DNA of 64,000 nt from assembly GCF_008831285.2 (NCBI RefSeq), contig NC_045138.2:28520001-28584000 (forward strand). The letters are read 5' to 3'. Numbering within the stretch: the stretch's first letter is position 1; each line of letters starts with the position of its first letter. The notes beneath the pieces were generated by a model. That model was not told the origin of the DNA and did not search any database. It saw only the letters and a list, made by a program, of their open reading frames with translations. The position numbers and the translations under genes were made by a program. The DNA is from Nymphaea colorata (Eukaryota). This document shows, piece after piece, positions 37,968 to 52,278 of the stretch.

Positions 37968-38261
37968 TTAGAAATTTGAAGCATTTACTCTACCACTCGT
38001 CTTCTTAGGGTTCAATTTAGTGCTTCTGAGTGCTACCTTGTCACACTTCAACTTTTATATCTATAACTTTCTTTTTATAGTATATATAATTGGCATCTTA
38101 AAAACTTAAAAAGAAATTTAGAAATTTGAAGCATTTACTATTTAGAAATTTGAAGCATTTACTCTACCACTCGTCTTCTTAGGATTCAATTTAGTGCTTC
38201 TGAGTATGACCTTCTTTTTATAGTATATACAATTGGCATCTTAAAAACTTAAAAAGAAATT
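37968..38261. repeat. Imperfect tandem duplication of about 150 bp with an extra partial unit
   Basis: ttagaaatttgaagcatttactctaccactcgtcttcttagg...aaaaacttaaaaagaaattt twice. Confidence 0.85.
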
Positions 38262-38942
38262 TTGACCACCTACCAAAACCAACATTTCGACTTGTTGCAC
38301 CAACTTGTAGGGCTAAGTTGTAAGAGGAAGTTTAGTGAACTTTTCTGACTATATTCCATCGATCGAGAGAGAGATATGGGAGGAAGTTTTATCGGATCAC
38401 CCCCTTTTTTTATAATATATATAATTATATTTGGCTTACATTTTTGTGGGCAACTCGAAGAGCCAGGTGGTGATATGAAGTTTTATCGGATCACCCCCTT
38501 TTTTATATTACATTTTTATAATATATATTGGACTTGCATGTTATGGGGAAGCCGGAAAGGAGCCTCCCCTCGAAGACATGCATTTGGCTCACATTTTTGT
38601 GGGCAACTCGTGTCAGGTGGTGATCTGATAGGTAGGAATGTAATAATTATATATATTATAAGTAAAACTTCAGTGAGAAGACCAAAAAGTGTGAGGTATC
38701 TTACTAATCATAGGCTGCCATTGGAGCATTCGGTATATCCTATGGTGTTGGTGTTCAACAGACTAGTGCATCTGTTGGTGGGACTTTGCATGATCACTTG
38801 GATGATCTCTCAAGTTTTTCAATAAGATTTTGGCAGGTAATTAAAGCAACCCTTCACTACAAATCAGTTAGTCAAAAATTATAATTAAAAACTCTTTCTA
38901 GCAGTTTTTAACTGCGTGAAAATGGGTATCCAATGTTTCAAG

Positions 38943-39407
38943 TTTTGTCTTATTCACAACAAGTTTTGATCCTAAGTTGTTCACAAGTTTTGTCTTATTT
39001 GGTAAAGTATGGATTACAAGTGTGGTTTTAGGCGTGATATAAAATTTTCAGTTTGTTAAAACCATATATTTCGCAATAGATTTCTTGTCGGATCAGTAAA
39101 GCTATTTCTAATGTCCTTGTTCTTGAAGAATCCCTAAAGAACGTTTGATTCCTTCTATTTCCAACATCTTCTCAATGCAAAGGAAAAATAAAGATTTCAA
39201 GTGTAGATTTTAAGTCTCATTTAAGTTCCATAGTTCGATGAACCAGGATTTTAATACAAGAAAGTTTTGCAAGTTTTTATCTTCGCAAGCAAACACTCTC
39301 TTCAAAGAAATAAAGACTTAAAAATACTTTGAAGAGGCCGACACCTACCATGTGGAACAAAACTTGTGAACAACTTAGGATCAAAACTTGTTGTGAATAA
39401 GACAAAA
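38943..39407. repeat. Perfect 51-bp inverted repeat, 363-bp spacer
   Basis: 38943-38993 ttttgtcttattcacaacaagttttgatcctaagttgttcacaagttttgt is the reverse complement of 39357-39407. Confidence 0.92.
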
Positions 39408-39627
39408 TAAGAAACAGTTGTGTAATGTTCGGATCTTCTGCTCGAGTCCCTGACCTGTGCTCGCTTTGACTTACAGCTTTGCCGTTTCGGTTGTCCAAGT
39501 CTGTGCTGGGGCTAGGTCAGGGGGCTGTGGTTCGCGCCAACGACGATGAGGTAGGAGGCCTGTTCCTTCATGGACTGTGCTAGGTCAAGGTCAAGTGGGC
39601 TTGGGTTCACGGAGGATGATATCGTCA

Positions 39628-39919
39628 TTTTACAAAGTTTTACATTGTCCACATTATGGATCTCCAAGTCCTAATTAGCTAGGATTAATTTGAATGATAC
39701 AATGACAAGTAATGCAGACTCTTGACCTCTTTCGTATGAAAGGTGAAAACGTAATTATGTTATGTCTTGAGAACTTGTTTTATTTTTTTTTTAATTTTAG
39801 CTCATCACTTGATTGGTTAAAAGTATTAAGTATAGAACAATTTACGAGGTAACTACAACATAGACCCTAGGAGATGCATCAATCTGCGGCCACATCAAAA
39901 AATTTGGAGGAAATGAATG

Positions 39920-39983
<64 letters not shown>

Positions 39984-42900
39984 CTGTGTGTGTGTGTTGG
40001 CGTGTACACAAACTAATTTATATGCTAGACAGATCTAATCTTAAACAATTAACGAAGGCATTGAGTTAATATAAATGCATATTGCGCTCAATAATTCTTA
40101 CTTTTATGCTTCATTGGTCTAGAGAAATCATAATGAAAGCAATGTTTAAATAAACAAGTCATATAAATAAAATAGTACATGTTAATGACCAATAGCTATA
40201 ACAATAGAGCAAAAAATGAGTTACAAACAAACTAAAACAAGTAAAAGAAAGGAATTTAGGATAATTTTGGTCCAAATTACATGTAAGACCCAATCCAAGA
40301 CTGACTTGGGTTCTTGAGTTCTCGGCATACCTTATAAGATTGAATACATATAAAGAAAAAGTTCATCTGCTGGTTGGATCTGAACAAGCATATTTCACAC
40401 CTAATATTACAAACTTTAACTATCTGCCCAACAAATAGACTCCTTGAAAAATCTGCCCTTGTGTGGAGTATCAAGCTATTGAAAACTAATTTCCAACTCA
40501 GGTGCTCGAATTGAATAATTTAATTCTTCTGGTAGAAAGACAGAAGACATAATGCTTAAAACCACGAGATAACGGATGGAAAATGATACTGAATAAGAAA
40601 TCCTAACGTACCCATACATGAAAGAAAAAGATTTGTAGACAAGCATAAGATATTCAACTATTTATGATGGTGGTCCATTCTTATGCATAAATAAGTGATC
40701 TATAGCAAAAAATTTCTGGTTCTACTTTTGCCACTGTTTCTGGTAAGCTTAGTTTGACTCCTTAAAGATAGTTCTATGATGATATAGGGATGTCAATTAG
40801 GATATCACCGAACCATTTCAAAAACTAGCTAGCTTTCTACAACACAACCCATGAATCAAGCTGATGGACCACTAGTCTCTGCCATTGAATCGGTCCATCT
40901 ATTCCAAGGACTTCTATCAGTTCCGGCTCAGGCAGATTTAAGCACATGGCGTGAACTCTCTCCCACACACTTGCACTCTCTCTTTCTATTATATAAATAA
41001 CATGGATTCCTCTAGCTGTGAGAAGAATCCCTCTCACACGCAGCCCAATGTTTTTTGTTTGGGTGGTGTTAATGAGGCGGGATGGGAATCCAGTGCTTTA
41101 TAGTATATATATATATATATATATATATTATCAAATTTAGATTGAAAATCATTTTTATATATAGAATTTATAGATTTCTTCATTTTAAGTTTAGACTGAA
41201 AATCTTGAGTCCTCAGCACACCACTCGATACAATGTAAATATACACTCATTTTCTCTTTTTGACTAGTGTACAAACCAAGCAAGTGTAAAACAAATTTAA
41301 TAGCTCATGCTTGAGAAAATCAGAATAATAACAATGCATCTATTAATTCTCCAACCAGCCACTCACCCCCAATTTCTAAAATAAAAATGCAAAATAAAAT
41401 TTATCTTGTGTTGCAGTAGGAGATATTTTGCCCCTAAAAGATTATTGTATCGCATCACATCCAAATCGGCTAATCGGTTTATAACATAAGGGCAGCTTTC
41501 ATTAGGTTAGCTAAGCATGAAATTGAAGGCCATGTGTTCATTATCTAGACCCAACCTTTAGTGTATACATTACGTGCGATTCTACTATGAGTTCTATATT
41601 TCTAGCAGCATAGCAGGTCGGAGCACATGTAGTTAAGATAAAACGCATACAATTATGTGTTATGCATGAAAAAACACATAACATATGGTAGATGGCTGGC
41701 AGAGCAAGCTTAAAATCTAGATTAATTAAGGTTTTAACCTTTTTTAATTGGAGATCAGTTGTGCTAAGCTTTACCAGATTGCTTAAAATGCATGCCCCAA
41801 GTGTAATTTGGCAGCCTTGCACATACCTTTATGGACCACTTGAGGAGTGTTTGGATGGCACCCTCAAAAAACACGGTTTTGTGAAAACCCAGTTTTGTAA
41901 ACTTGGTTTGGATGTTTGGATGACAAGTGAAAAATTTAATGATCTTCGGTTTTATACTTATGTGCTAGCTTTAAACTAGTATTTTGATGCATCTCAATGT
42001 TTGCTAAGCCCTTGTATCGTCTACTTTGCTGTGCTGTCATAAACTTTCGATTCACACCAAAATATTGCTTCTCATCCAATCCTTTAACACTTTTTCTTTA
42101 CCTTCAAACTTTTCTTCTTGTTGGTTGTGGCATTTGGACGCTTCTAAGTTATCTATCACACGCGTACGGTGTGTGCTTGTATACATACGGCCACCTGGCA
42201 ATGCTTTGTCACCATCATGCATGTGAAGAAACTTTCTTCTTTCCCGCTGGTTTTATACAAGCTCTCTGCTACCCTGTGATCTGGTTTTCCCTTTATGTCG
42301 CATGAAAATTTGTGTCATTGTGGTTATAGTTGTTTCTATTCCATGGTACTTGTCACCCTCATGCATGTGAATTGTGATGAAACTTTCTTCTTTCCCGCTG
42401 GTCTTATACACGCTCTTCTTCTGTGTGAACTAGTTTTCCCTTTATATCGCATGAAAATCTGTGTCATTTTGGTCCTAATTGCTTCCGTTCCATAGTACTT
42501 CGGTCCGTTCAAATTTTTGGTCGCTTTCTGCGACACTGTTTTTGAAGTTTCTGTAGAACTGTTGACCGAGAGTACTGGCATACCATTTTCCTTGATGAAT
42601 GTTATGGTTGTATTTTCTGGATAGCTAATCGTCAAAACGTCATAGTTTCCTCTTCTCTTCATTATTCTGTTGTCTAAAGTTGTCATATTTCACGTCCTGT
42701 CTGCAACATGATTGCATATGCTTCAGATATTAATACAAAATTCTATATGCACTAACGCGTAGATGCAAGAAAAAATTAACAAGCCTATGATACATATTGC
42801 AACATGTATGATACATAATCTGCGTTTTATACGTATTATATATTGCATATTTTATACATGTAAAATAATATTCATGTTTTATAATTCTGTGTTTTGTTTC

Positions 42901-44136
42901 ACATTTTTATATTATGTAGTATTTTAACTTTCGGGTGAGCGAATCGAGTGAAGGCTTATGTACTTGTAGAAACCAAATAAGAGTTGACAGTGCCGAAATT
43001 CTTTCCAATTGTGGTTTGATTTTTCTTCTTGCTTTTCCCTTCTCCGTAAAGTGAAAAAGCTATAAATAAGTTGCCTGAGCCTGATGAGGAGGCCTTTTCT
43101 TGCTACACACAAAGGGGTTGAGTTGAGATCATCCCGTTGAAATGAATGGTGTTACGTGCGAGTTCTGTCCGTTGATGATAAGTCAATCGACTGTTCTGAA
43201 ATCTTTTGATTTTTACTCTCTGACCTTTGACGTTTCGTTTCTTATATTGATTAACATTGTCCCTCTTTTCGGTCGCTTTCTTCTCGAACTTCTTTGTTTC
43301 TTCCACTGACAAGTTTTCTTCGGTCAAAGTCCCGTACACGTTAGGTTTGTTGTATTGTCCTTTGGATGTTCACCTTCTCGTGATGCTAGTCATGTCGATC
43401 TAGTCCAGGCCATAAAAGCCATGTCCTCTGTATCTTCTATCCAGTCCAACCCAAGGGACAACCAGCCAGTTCCGGTCAAGATTGGACCAAGTACTCTATA
43501 TAGTCCAGCAGGTTGAGTTACAAACTGGGTTCTCTTTAACAGGCCAGTTACAAACTGGCCTAGTTTTTGCAGATTGCCAGAAGGAGCGTAGCATACTCGG
43601 AGGCTCCTTTGTTCGATTCTCATGGGCACTACTCTTCTAATGGTATTGAAAACTAAGATAAATGATATTTTAATGATTTAACCAAAGAAACTTGTTGGTT
43701 GTCCGCCCCTCTTCTCCCTCTCATTAAACAAGTATATCTTCTTCCGGGTTTGCTCTGGATCTGATTCGAGAGATTACTTCAAATAAACATTTCTCACAAC
43801 TGGGTTTGAGTATTGAGGGTGCAAATGAGCTGTTTTTTTCGGGTCTCTCTCGAATCCATTCATATTGGAGAACCAACTTTCCATGTACTTATTTACTCTA
43901 AACTTAATCCCCTTGTTAGGTGTAATGTTTGGGTCCAAAAAAAATCTAAGGCAAACTAACAGTCTGTCAGATTGAAATTGATAAGAAGGACGACAAAAGA
44001 GGCCTCCCTATGCGAGCAAAATGGGAAAAACTGAAGAAGTAACCTTTTTTAACAAAAGATAAACCACCCTTAACAGAACAGACGATGCAACTTTCGGTCT
44101 GCTCCCAATCAGTGGCGGAGTCACATGGTGCCTGTG
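39628..44136 (+). repeat. Segmental duplication block B'+C' (copy 2)
   Basis: Collinear with about 58538-62157 apart from about 0.9 kb (42570-43480) present only here; internal direct repeat of about 145 bp at 42215-42500. Confidence 0.93.
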
Positions 44137-44794
44137 TCAAAACTCGAGCTTGAGATTGACTTGACCATACAATGTCGAGCTCAAACTCAATTCGTTTAAC
44201 TACTTTATGTTAAGCATGTCATGTTTCTTTTAACTAGATCAACTCCTTTAGTTGCTACTTGTTTAATTTTTGTTTAATCAACTCGTTTAATTATTCTCTC
44301 GTCTTAATTCAGATTCGTGACATTTCAAGCACACACTGAACTCAATCTCAACGAGTTTGAGTTTTGACAAGCAAAATTGGGTCGAGCTCCGTTATTTAGC
44401 GAGTTATATATGTGACCAAACGCATGCCTGTGGTATCGTAAATACATTGATTCTTCTAAGCCCGTTGATTGATATGCACCATATGTATACGCCTTCTCCA
44501 CAATGAGGGCAACTTTTGGATGAGATCAATAGATCATATTCAAATTGGATCTTCTCTTTATGATATCCGACTTATGAGATGTCTTGTTCAGATTGGTATC
44601 TGAAACAATAAAATCTAAAAATACCATGAACCAATCAAACGTTTAAAGTTACAATTTGAATCCAATCTGAATCCGATTTTTATTTCTGCGTTTGAAAACG
44701 AATCCAAATCTGAATCTGACTTATAAATATGCAATTTCATCGAAGCTGCTTTGATATGTTAAAAGCCGACCGACTTTCAAAATGTATGGATAGT

Positions 44795-45321
44795 TATTGG
44801 TGAACAACGAGTCGAGCTGCTCTAGCTCGACTCGTTAAAGCTCGGCTCGTGAATGATTTTGAGCTGAGTCATTTGCTTAACGAGTCGAGCTCGAGTTCAT
44901 GGTCGACTTATTCAAATAATTGAGTTGAGTTTGAGCTCAACACGTAACTGCCGAGTCAAGCTCGAGCCTTAATCGAGTTTGTCGAATCTTAATCAAGTCG
45001 ATATATTCGAGTTTACGGGTTTGTCGAGCCTTAATTGAGTCGAGTTTGAGCTCAATACGTAATGATGAATATCAATTCTATTCAAACGAGCTTGTCGAGC
45101 CTTAATCGAGTTGAGCTTGAACTCAACACGTAACGATGAATATCAATTATATTCAAACGCCTTTGTCAAGTTTTAATTGAATCAAGCTCGAGCTCCACAC
45201 GCACTTGCCGAGTCAAGCTCGAGCTGCTTCCGTTGAGCTATTCTCGCGCTCGAGGTTTCATCAGTGGAACCGAGCTTGAGCTTATTGAACTCAAGCTCAA
45301 CTTGGCTAGTGTTCACCCCTA
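44795..45321. mobile_element. hAT-type TCGAGCTCG element (duplicate of 3405-3841)
   Basis: tattggtgaaca / tgttcaccccta termini; flanks tggatagt / cagatagt. Confidence 0.75.
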
Positions 45322-45818
45322 CAGATAGTAGATATAAGACTTCTTTGACCCTTAATGTGAATTTTACAGGATATTTGCCTGAAACCAAATCAAAATCAGA
45401 ATCCGATGGATGCCATTTTTTAAGTAGAAATGTGATCCAATTTCTTAATCGGATGTTCATTTGTGCACATATTCTTCTACAATCACAAAATGAAAGGCAA
45501 ATAAATCAAAGACAGACTAACAAAAATTTTATTTTTGTAAAAGTATCACCTTTTTACCAATGGTAACTTTGGAATTCCTTCACAGTTTGGACATCTTTTT
45601 TATCGTTTTGAGGACTATCTATAAACTAAAGCAGTTAACTAGAATTTCCAAATTTTATGAAGCTATTTGTAAATATGTCAAAGTTCAATGGTCATTTGTC
45701 ATTTCTCAAGATGTGAAAAAAAAAACAATTCCATCCGCAGGTGTAAGCTTTTGTGGGCAATTGCTCACATGAACCCACACAAATTGCTTATTTATATACT
45801 GATGAGTCATAGGTATTC

Positions 45819-45947
<129 letters not shown>

Positions 45948-48900
45948 TGGTCTTTAAAGGTTTCAAAATTAAAGTAGCTGGTGTCCATCAACCAAAAGTT
46001 TTTAGCTCGGCCACTGATACCACCATTATTTCTAACATCCGGTCGACCAAGAATTTCTAGCTCCGCCACAGTTAACGTCATTATTTCTAACATCTCGTTG
46101 ACACGAAGGCATAACAAACAAGCATTTGCAGTTTCTAAATGCAAAATATTCTAGAGAAACTATATTTCCTTGTGTATCGATCACCAAATAAAAGCACTTC
46201 AGCGACATAAATTGCTACCATTAATGCCATTATTGTTGTGACGATGATGATGATATTTGTATTGGCCTTCTGTTCCACGGTCAATCTAAGATCATGCTGA
46301 CACCTTCCTCATCAATAAGTTTCACATTATTCTTCTTCTTCTTCCACTTTGCCCTGTGACAAAGGCGTCAATTGCTTGGACGTCACCCAAACCTGACGCG
46401 AACCACATCTGGTTGGATCCGGATACTGGGACGCACTGACCATCATGCCCGAAATTATTAGTTCAAATATTGGTAAACAAGCTGGATATGGTTTCTGAAC
46501 CAAGATTTTGGGCTTAAAATGAGATCCATTTAATATAAAAGATTGTTACCGTCTAGTGAACTTATCCCAAAATTTGAAGTTGATTAATGAAACACTATTT
46601 TATAGGGTTCCATGAATCTGCCTTAATTTTTAAAAGGCAGTTTCACTAAATAGTAACAATTTGTTATTGGTACTAAACGGGTCGATGTGACTATACCCAC
46701 TTCCTTCAGAGTTCATTTATTACATCGAAAAACGACACTATTAGATTCTTTCATTCACATGACAGCATAAAACCCCGAGACTAATACCTCTCGATGGAAC
46801 CTTCCACTTATCCATTTTTTCCATTAGGTGAGGGCCGAGGGGCAGAGCCAAGGGGGCCTGCGTGGGCCCTCACCTCACTTTTTTTTTTAATTTACATGTA
46901 AAATTTAGAAAATTTTACTTGTCTTATATAAGAATTTTGAAAAATGATATTTCGGCCCGTTTCAAAATTTAAAAACTTTAATTCTGTCTCCTTCATAAAA
47001 AAATTTATGGCTCCACTCTTCGTGACCAGTTATACTATCTATATTAGACAGAAGTCGACTATATTCTTGTTATTTGTGGGATAGAGTGGGCATCTAGTTA
47101 TGTGACCCACCTTCTAGTATAAAGTGGATATCGAAGAAATTCACCTTCACACTGATACTCGCGATGGAGGAATCAAATTGGCACTTTTCAATCGCCAAAA
47201 ACTGTTCAACATTCTATGTTCAAAGCCAACCATGGATGCACATGCTTTACCCTTTACATCAGGAGCGGAGTTAGGAAATTTTTTTCTTAAAACGAGTTAT
47301 TTTATGATAGGAGCAAGCCTAACTTAAACTGTCAATATCAAGTACAAACATATATCCTGCAATATTATAAAATTCTTGTTGAAAGTATGTCCCATCCCCA
47401 CTTGCCTACTAAATTGACTTCTCCATTAATAATCCTAAAGCAAAGCAAGTGGAAAGGTTCTCCGCTGCCATTCATTCTCTTTTTATCTTATTGTTGTCCC
47501 GACACACAATGAGAACACAGAGAATGCACACAGATGAGATAAGATTGAGAAATCTTGTGAAGATTACATATTTCTCAGAACAAGGGAAAAGAAAAACCCA
47601 TGTGATAAATTGATTTTTCCTTTCTTTAGTCTCAAAAATATGAAGAAAAACCGAAAAATTTTGCATGGTATCGGTTTTGTTCCATACATGTGACAATAGT
47701 ACCCGGGAAAAAAATGTCACACTTTCTGAAATTTCCAAGATAAGTTTCGATATGATTCTGATGTCCTAGCTAGTGGATTCCCCATAGTGGGATGTTGTGG
47801 GTTCCCCCATTTACAAACAACTACGGACACACGTTCCATGTTCAAATCAGTGAAGATAATGAATCTTGTTAGGAAGTGATTATTAAGTTCCATGTTAAAA
47901 AATATGAACTAATTAATAAATTCTAGATAAGAATCTTTTTGTCCTACATATTTGTGTCTACAACTTTCTACACTGCTCCCGTTCAAGGTTACTCCTGTAA
48001 GCATAATGGATCCTCTTTGAAATCCCCGATTAAATTATCCTGAAAATGTTATCCAGGGGAGTGGAGAGAAATTATATCTAGAAGTCTATATCCGAATCCT
48101 ATTTGTTATCTGAATCTGATTTTTAAATTTACATCAGAACCTAATCCAATACCCAACCAAATTGAGACTATAGTAAAAATAAGAATTGGATATAGGCCTT
48201 TCATTTAAAAATGAGCTAGCTGAAAACTGGGCCATATCTCATGCGTTCCTAAAATTTGGATCTGCATACCAACAGGTGTCAAGTTTTTTACTTTAAGTCC
48301 TATTTAATTTCTTAATCAAATGTTCATTCTTTTCTTATGCAAATCTTTTGAAAAAAATTGGTCAAGACGAGTGGCAGAACTCTTTCCTAAGACTACGTGT
48401 CGGGTCGAGTACCCGACAGGTACCCAGTACTCGGCTTGACTCAGGCCAAAAGAAAAGGAACGGGCCAGCCTGTTAAGTTATCGAGCCGGTCCAGGTGCGT
48501 CCAATTGAGCCTGGTCAGCTTGATAATTTTTGTTAGTACATATTTTGCTAATTTTTATATCTATCTATTTATAGTATTTTATTATGATTATTTTATATTT
48601 AAAACTATGTGTTTTTAAATTTAATCAGGTCGAGCTTGGGCTCGGACTTTAGGTGCTGGACCGGCCCAAGCCTGAGTTTCAGGTGTTAGGCTGATCCGAT
48701 GGGTAGGTTTACTCTTTTCTGAAGCATTATAGAATTTTCAAAATTTTCACAAGGGCCAAATTAAAATTTTTAGAAATATTAAATAATATACTTTTATTTT
48801 TTCAAATTTTCAAAAAACTATGGACCTACCAAAACCTTTTTTACTTTGTTATTAGGTTTGATCGGACATTTTAATCTGAATAGGATCTAATGACATTTCT

Positions 48901-50625
48901 AATCAACCGACATGTCCTTAAGTATTCATAAACACGCCTAGGCCCTAATGAGACACCCAAGGATTCATAAACACGCCAAAGGGAGTTCAATGTTGCCATG
49001 AAGTGGAGACCACAGAGCCCAAAAAATTTGTCCCTCAAACAATCAAACAAGAACCTGATGCCTTAAAGAATAGAAAAAATATTGGGAAAGTTTTGTTATT
49101 GTCAATAAATATTCAAATGTAAAAAAAAAAAAGATATTTATATCTTATAAAGACGACATCGAATGAAACAAGTATTTTTTCATCGCATTGGGACGAAGAT
49201 TGTGTTTGAATGTATTCCTGGAATTGTCTTTTTTTTTTTCTGCACTTAGATAGCGAGTTAATTTCATGGACAGATATTCCTGGATGCTGCACATAATATT
49301 TTTTGAGGTCAAACACAACTGGGGATTCAAATCGATCCAGATTTGATTTGGATTGATATCAGATCGGTATCGCCAAATCAGATTCGGTTCCATATTTCAA
49401 TGCAACGTAGGGAACAGATCCAACTCCACTATGAGCTTTCACTCGAAAGATTGAGTTTTGAGAATCAATTCGGGAAGATACCATATCTAGATATTCACAA
49501 GAAACCTGATAATATTTCTGAACTCCTGAATGGTTAATCATAATTTTCTGGATGTAATGGTAAACTCTTTTTCCCTTAATAAAAAGATATCTTATATCAC
49601 CATCAAGCAAGGGGAGGTTCGTCCACTTAAAGAATATCATTTGATGGTTGACATTAGGTCAAATGGATCATAATTCAATTAATAACTCCCAACTCTAATT
49701 ATTTGTTAGGGTCAACTTTAAACATCATCAACTCGCCGACGTTTCTCGTTTACCATAAGGTTCGAGCTGGGTGTATTTTTTGTCGATTACAAGCCACCTG
49801 CTACACTCGAGTTGACGGGTGTCTCATTGCCCACCGAGGTCTCTTACGAGACTTTATCGTGGGTTCGGCCTCTTATTGAACCATCGATATATAATTAGTG
49901 AAGATATGCATTCGTTAATCTAATGAATGTTTTATGGCTACAAATCTTTAAATTTTAACCATTGAGCAACATTCGATAGCATTGAACTGTGCATGTATAG
50001 TAAAACCTTTTCTCACATGAATTGAATTATAGAAACAAATGAACTTGATTTTGATAGATAAACAACAAGATGAATGTGAACAGAATGACTATCATGTTCT
50101 TTTCCGGAAAAAAAAGAAGGAAATCTATTGAATTTCTTTGCTGAACTCAAGTTCGGGTGTAGCTAAAGTGATGACAGACTGCTTAGATCACTAGAAAGGT
50201 ATGCCAACTATGTGTCTACTCGGATCATAATAATTTTACGGGAATTTTTTACTATACCTTATTCGAGGTTTTTAACACGCAACCGACGTTAAATGTGTGG
50301 TTTTACAATTTAGAACGATTAGATATGAATCTTTTTTTTTAAGTGAAGAATATGATAACATTAATCATGTAACGCCAATGAATTGAATAATACATAGTAA
50401 AGGAAAATAGCGAATAAACTGTTAATTTTTGCTGTAAAAACTGTTAATTTCCTTTAGACATGGTTAAAAACTGCAGAGGAGGACTCACTCTATACCAAAC
50501 CGGTTCGACCTCTGTTACATTCGTATCGAACCGCCTTACGAAGGGCAAGAAGGTCAATTAGTACCCTCCTGTCATTCCTGCAGAATTCTGGGGATATTAC
50601 AGTCATTTCGGAAGAATTCCACTGC

Positions 50626-52278
50626 CTATAAAATGCCTCCATTTCTCCTTGCCTCGCCGAAGAGTCAACCACGGAGGGAGGGAGAGACACCTGAGAGTGG
50701 CGACGCTGGCAATTTCCGTCGGCCGGGTTCCTCTTCGGCGTCACCGGATGGAGAAGCGGCGCCACCACCTGGGCAAGGTACACCGCGCTCGACCTCCTGC
50801 GCTCTTGTTGCTTCCGTTCCGACCTTCCTTCCGGGTATGTCTTCTAGGGGGTCGGAGGTAGAGCGGTGTATATAATGTACATACGATAGACGAAAACTCC
50901 ATAAAGCAAAAAAAGGGCAAAGTGGAAAGAAAGAAAGAAAAGGGATAAGAAAAAGGCAGACAGGATGAAGCCAGGCAGTAGAATTCTTCTGAGCAAAAAG
51001 AAATGGGTGTTCTTTCGGGGTTGTTTTTGTGTTTTTTTTTTTTCTTTTGTCTATGTGTCTCTCTCTCCCCTTTCTCATCTGTTCCGGTGGATTGGCGGTT
51101 TCTCTGCGCAACGACTACTGACGGAAATTTTTCCCGGGTTCTCATTTCTCTTGGTTTTTGTTTTGGGGAGGTCAAGCGCCTCTTTGGTTTCTTGATCTTA
51201 AATGGGTGGATGGGAGGTGATGTGTTTTGTGGCGATTGTAGCATTTGATCTCAATGTAACCCTCTTCTTCGTGATTCACAAAGAGGAAATCAATTACCAT
51301 CTTTGTTTTTCTTCTCGTTTCTTGTTTTTTAGTTTCTACCTCTCTCGTTGATGGGGCTTATCTGATTGTTCAATGTGTTGTTCTCAAAATGCAGAACATG
51401 GGTTCTTTCTCATATTGGACAGTGAATTCTATTATGAAATGTTAGTTATGGAAAAACAATGGGTACTTTTATTGATGGGTATGACTTTTTCCTCATCTGT
51501 TTGAAGCGAGGTCCTGAGAATATGGCTTATGGTTAGGGTAGGAAAAGCGAAATAACAGATATAATAATGGTTTTCGCAAGAGCCGGTGGTCCCATTCTTG
51601 CTTATTCTTCCAAATTGTCCTTACTCAAGTGAGCAAGAAAGGGAAGCAGGAAAAAGGGAGAGCCACCAACTGTTTCTTTCCAATCCCGTCTTGAAGATTT
51701 TTCATGAAAAGTATCGATTGATTGCTTAGACAACAGAATAACTTTCAGAAAAAGAAAGCAGAACATTGTACCTCTTGGTTAGCTTGATTATGTGTACCTC
51801 ATCTTCCTTGTTCACTCTTCTCAAGTATGAGGCACAGGCATCGTTTTGTTGTACCTCTAAACATACCAATGTTTTTTAGTCAAGTGAACAAGGAAGTCCA
51901 CACGAGGCCATGATGTGGCTTTCTTATGTAAACGTAAGAGCAGGAAAAGAATTCATCACATCCTCTATCCACATTGGTTAGTCGAGAAATATTAAGCGAA
52001 ACCAATATTGAGAAATGCTTTCCGATGAACATGTCCGATTATGACTTACTGTTGTTTTTCTGATGGGGAGTCTACCTTTCATTTTTCAAAGAAAATATGA
52101 AAATGTCAATGAGGCTGAATATGTTTTCCAACAGGAGTCCTTCACTTGTTTTCATGTGGGAAAGCATTTCCTGGTTTAATCGTAAGTATTTATACCTTGT
52201 GCAGACATCAACGGCAAACTTGAAGAAATTTGTGAGGCACTTCAGAGAAAGTGTCGACCATCCTCTAATAAACTGTAG
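50626..52278 (+). other. Putative spliced transcription unit, copy 2
   Basis: Same TATA, ATG 50633, donor after 50834, acceptor before 52205, TAG ending 52278; ORF intact. Confidence 0.4.
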
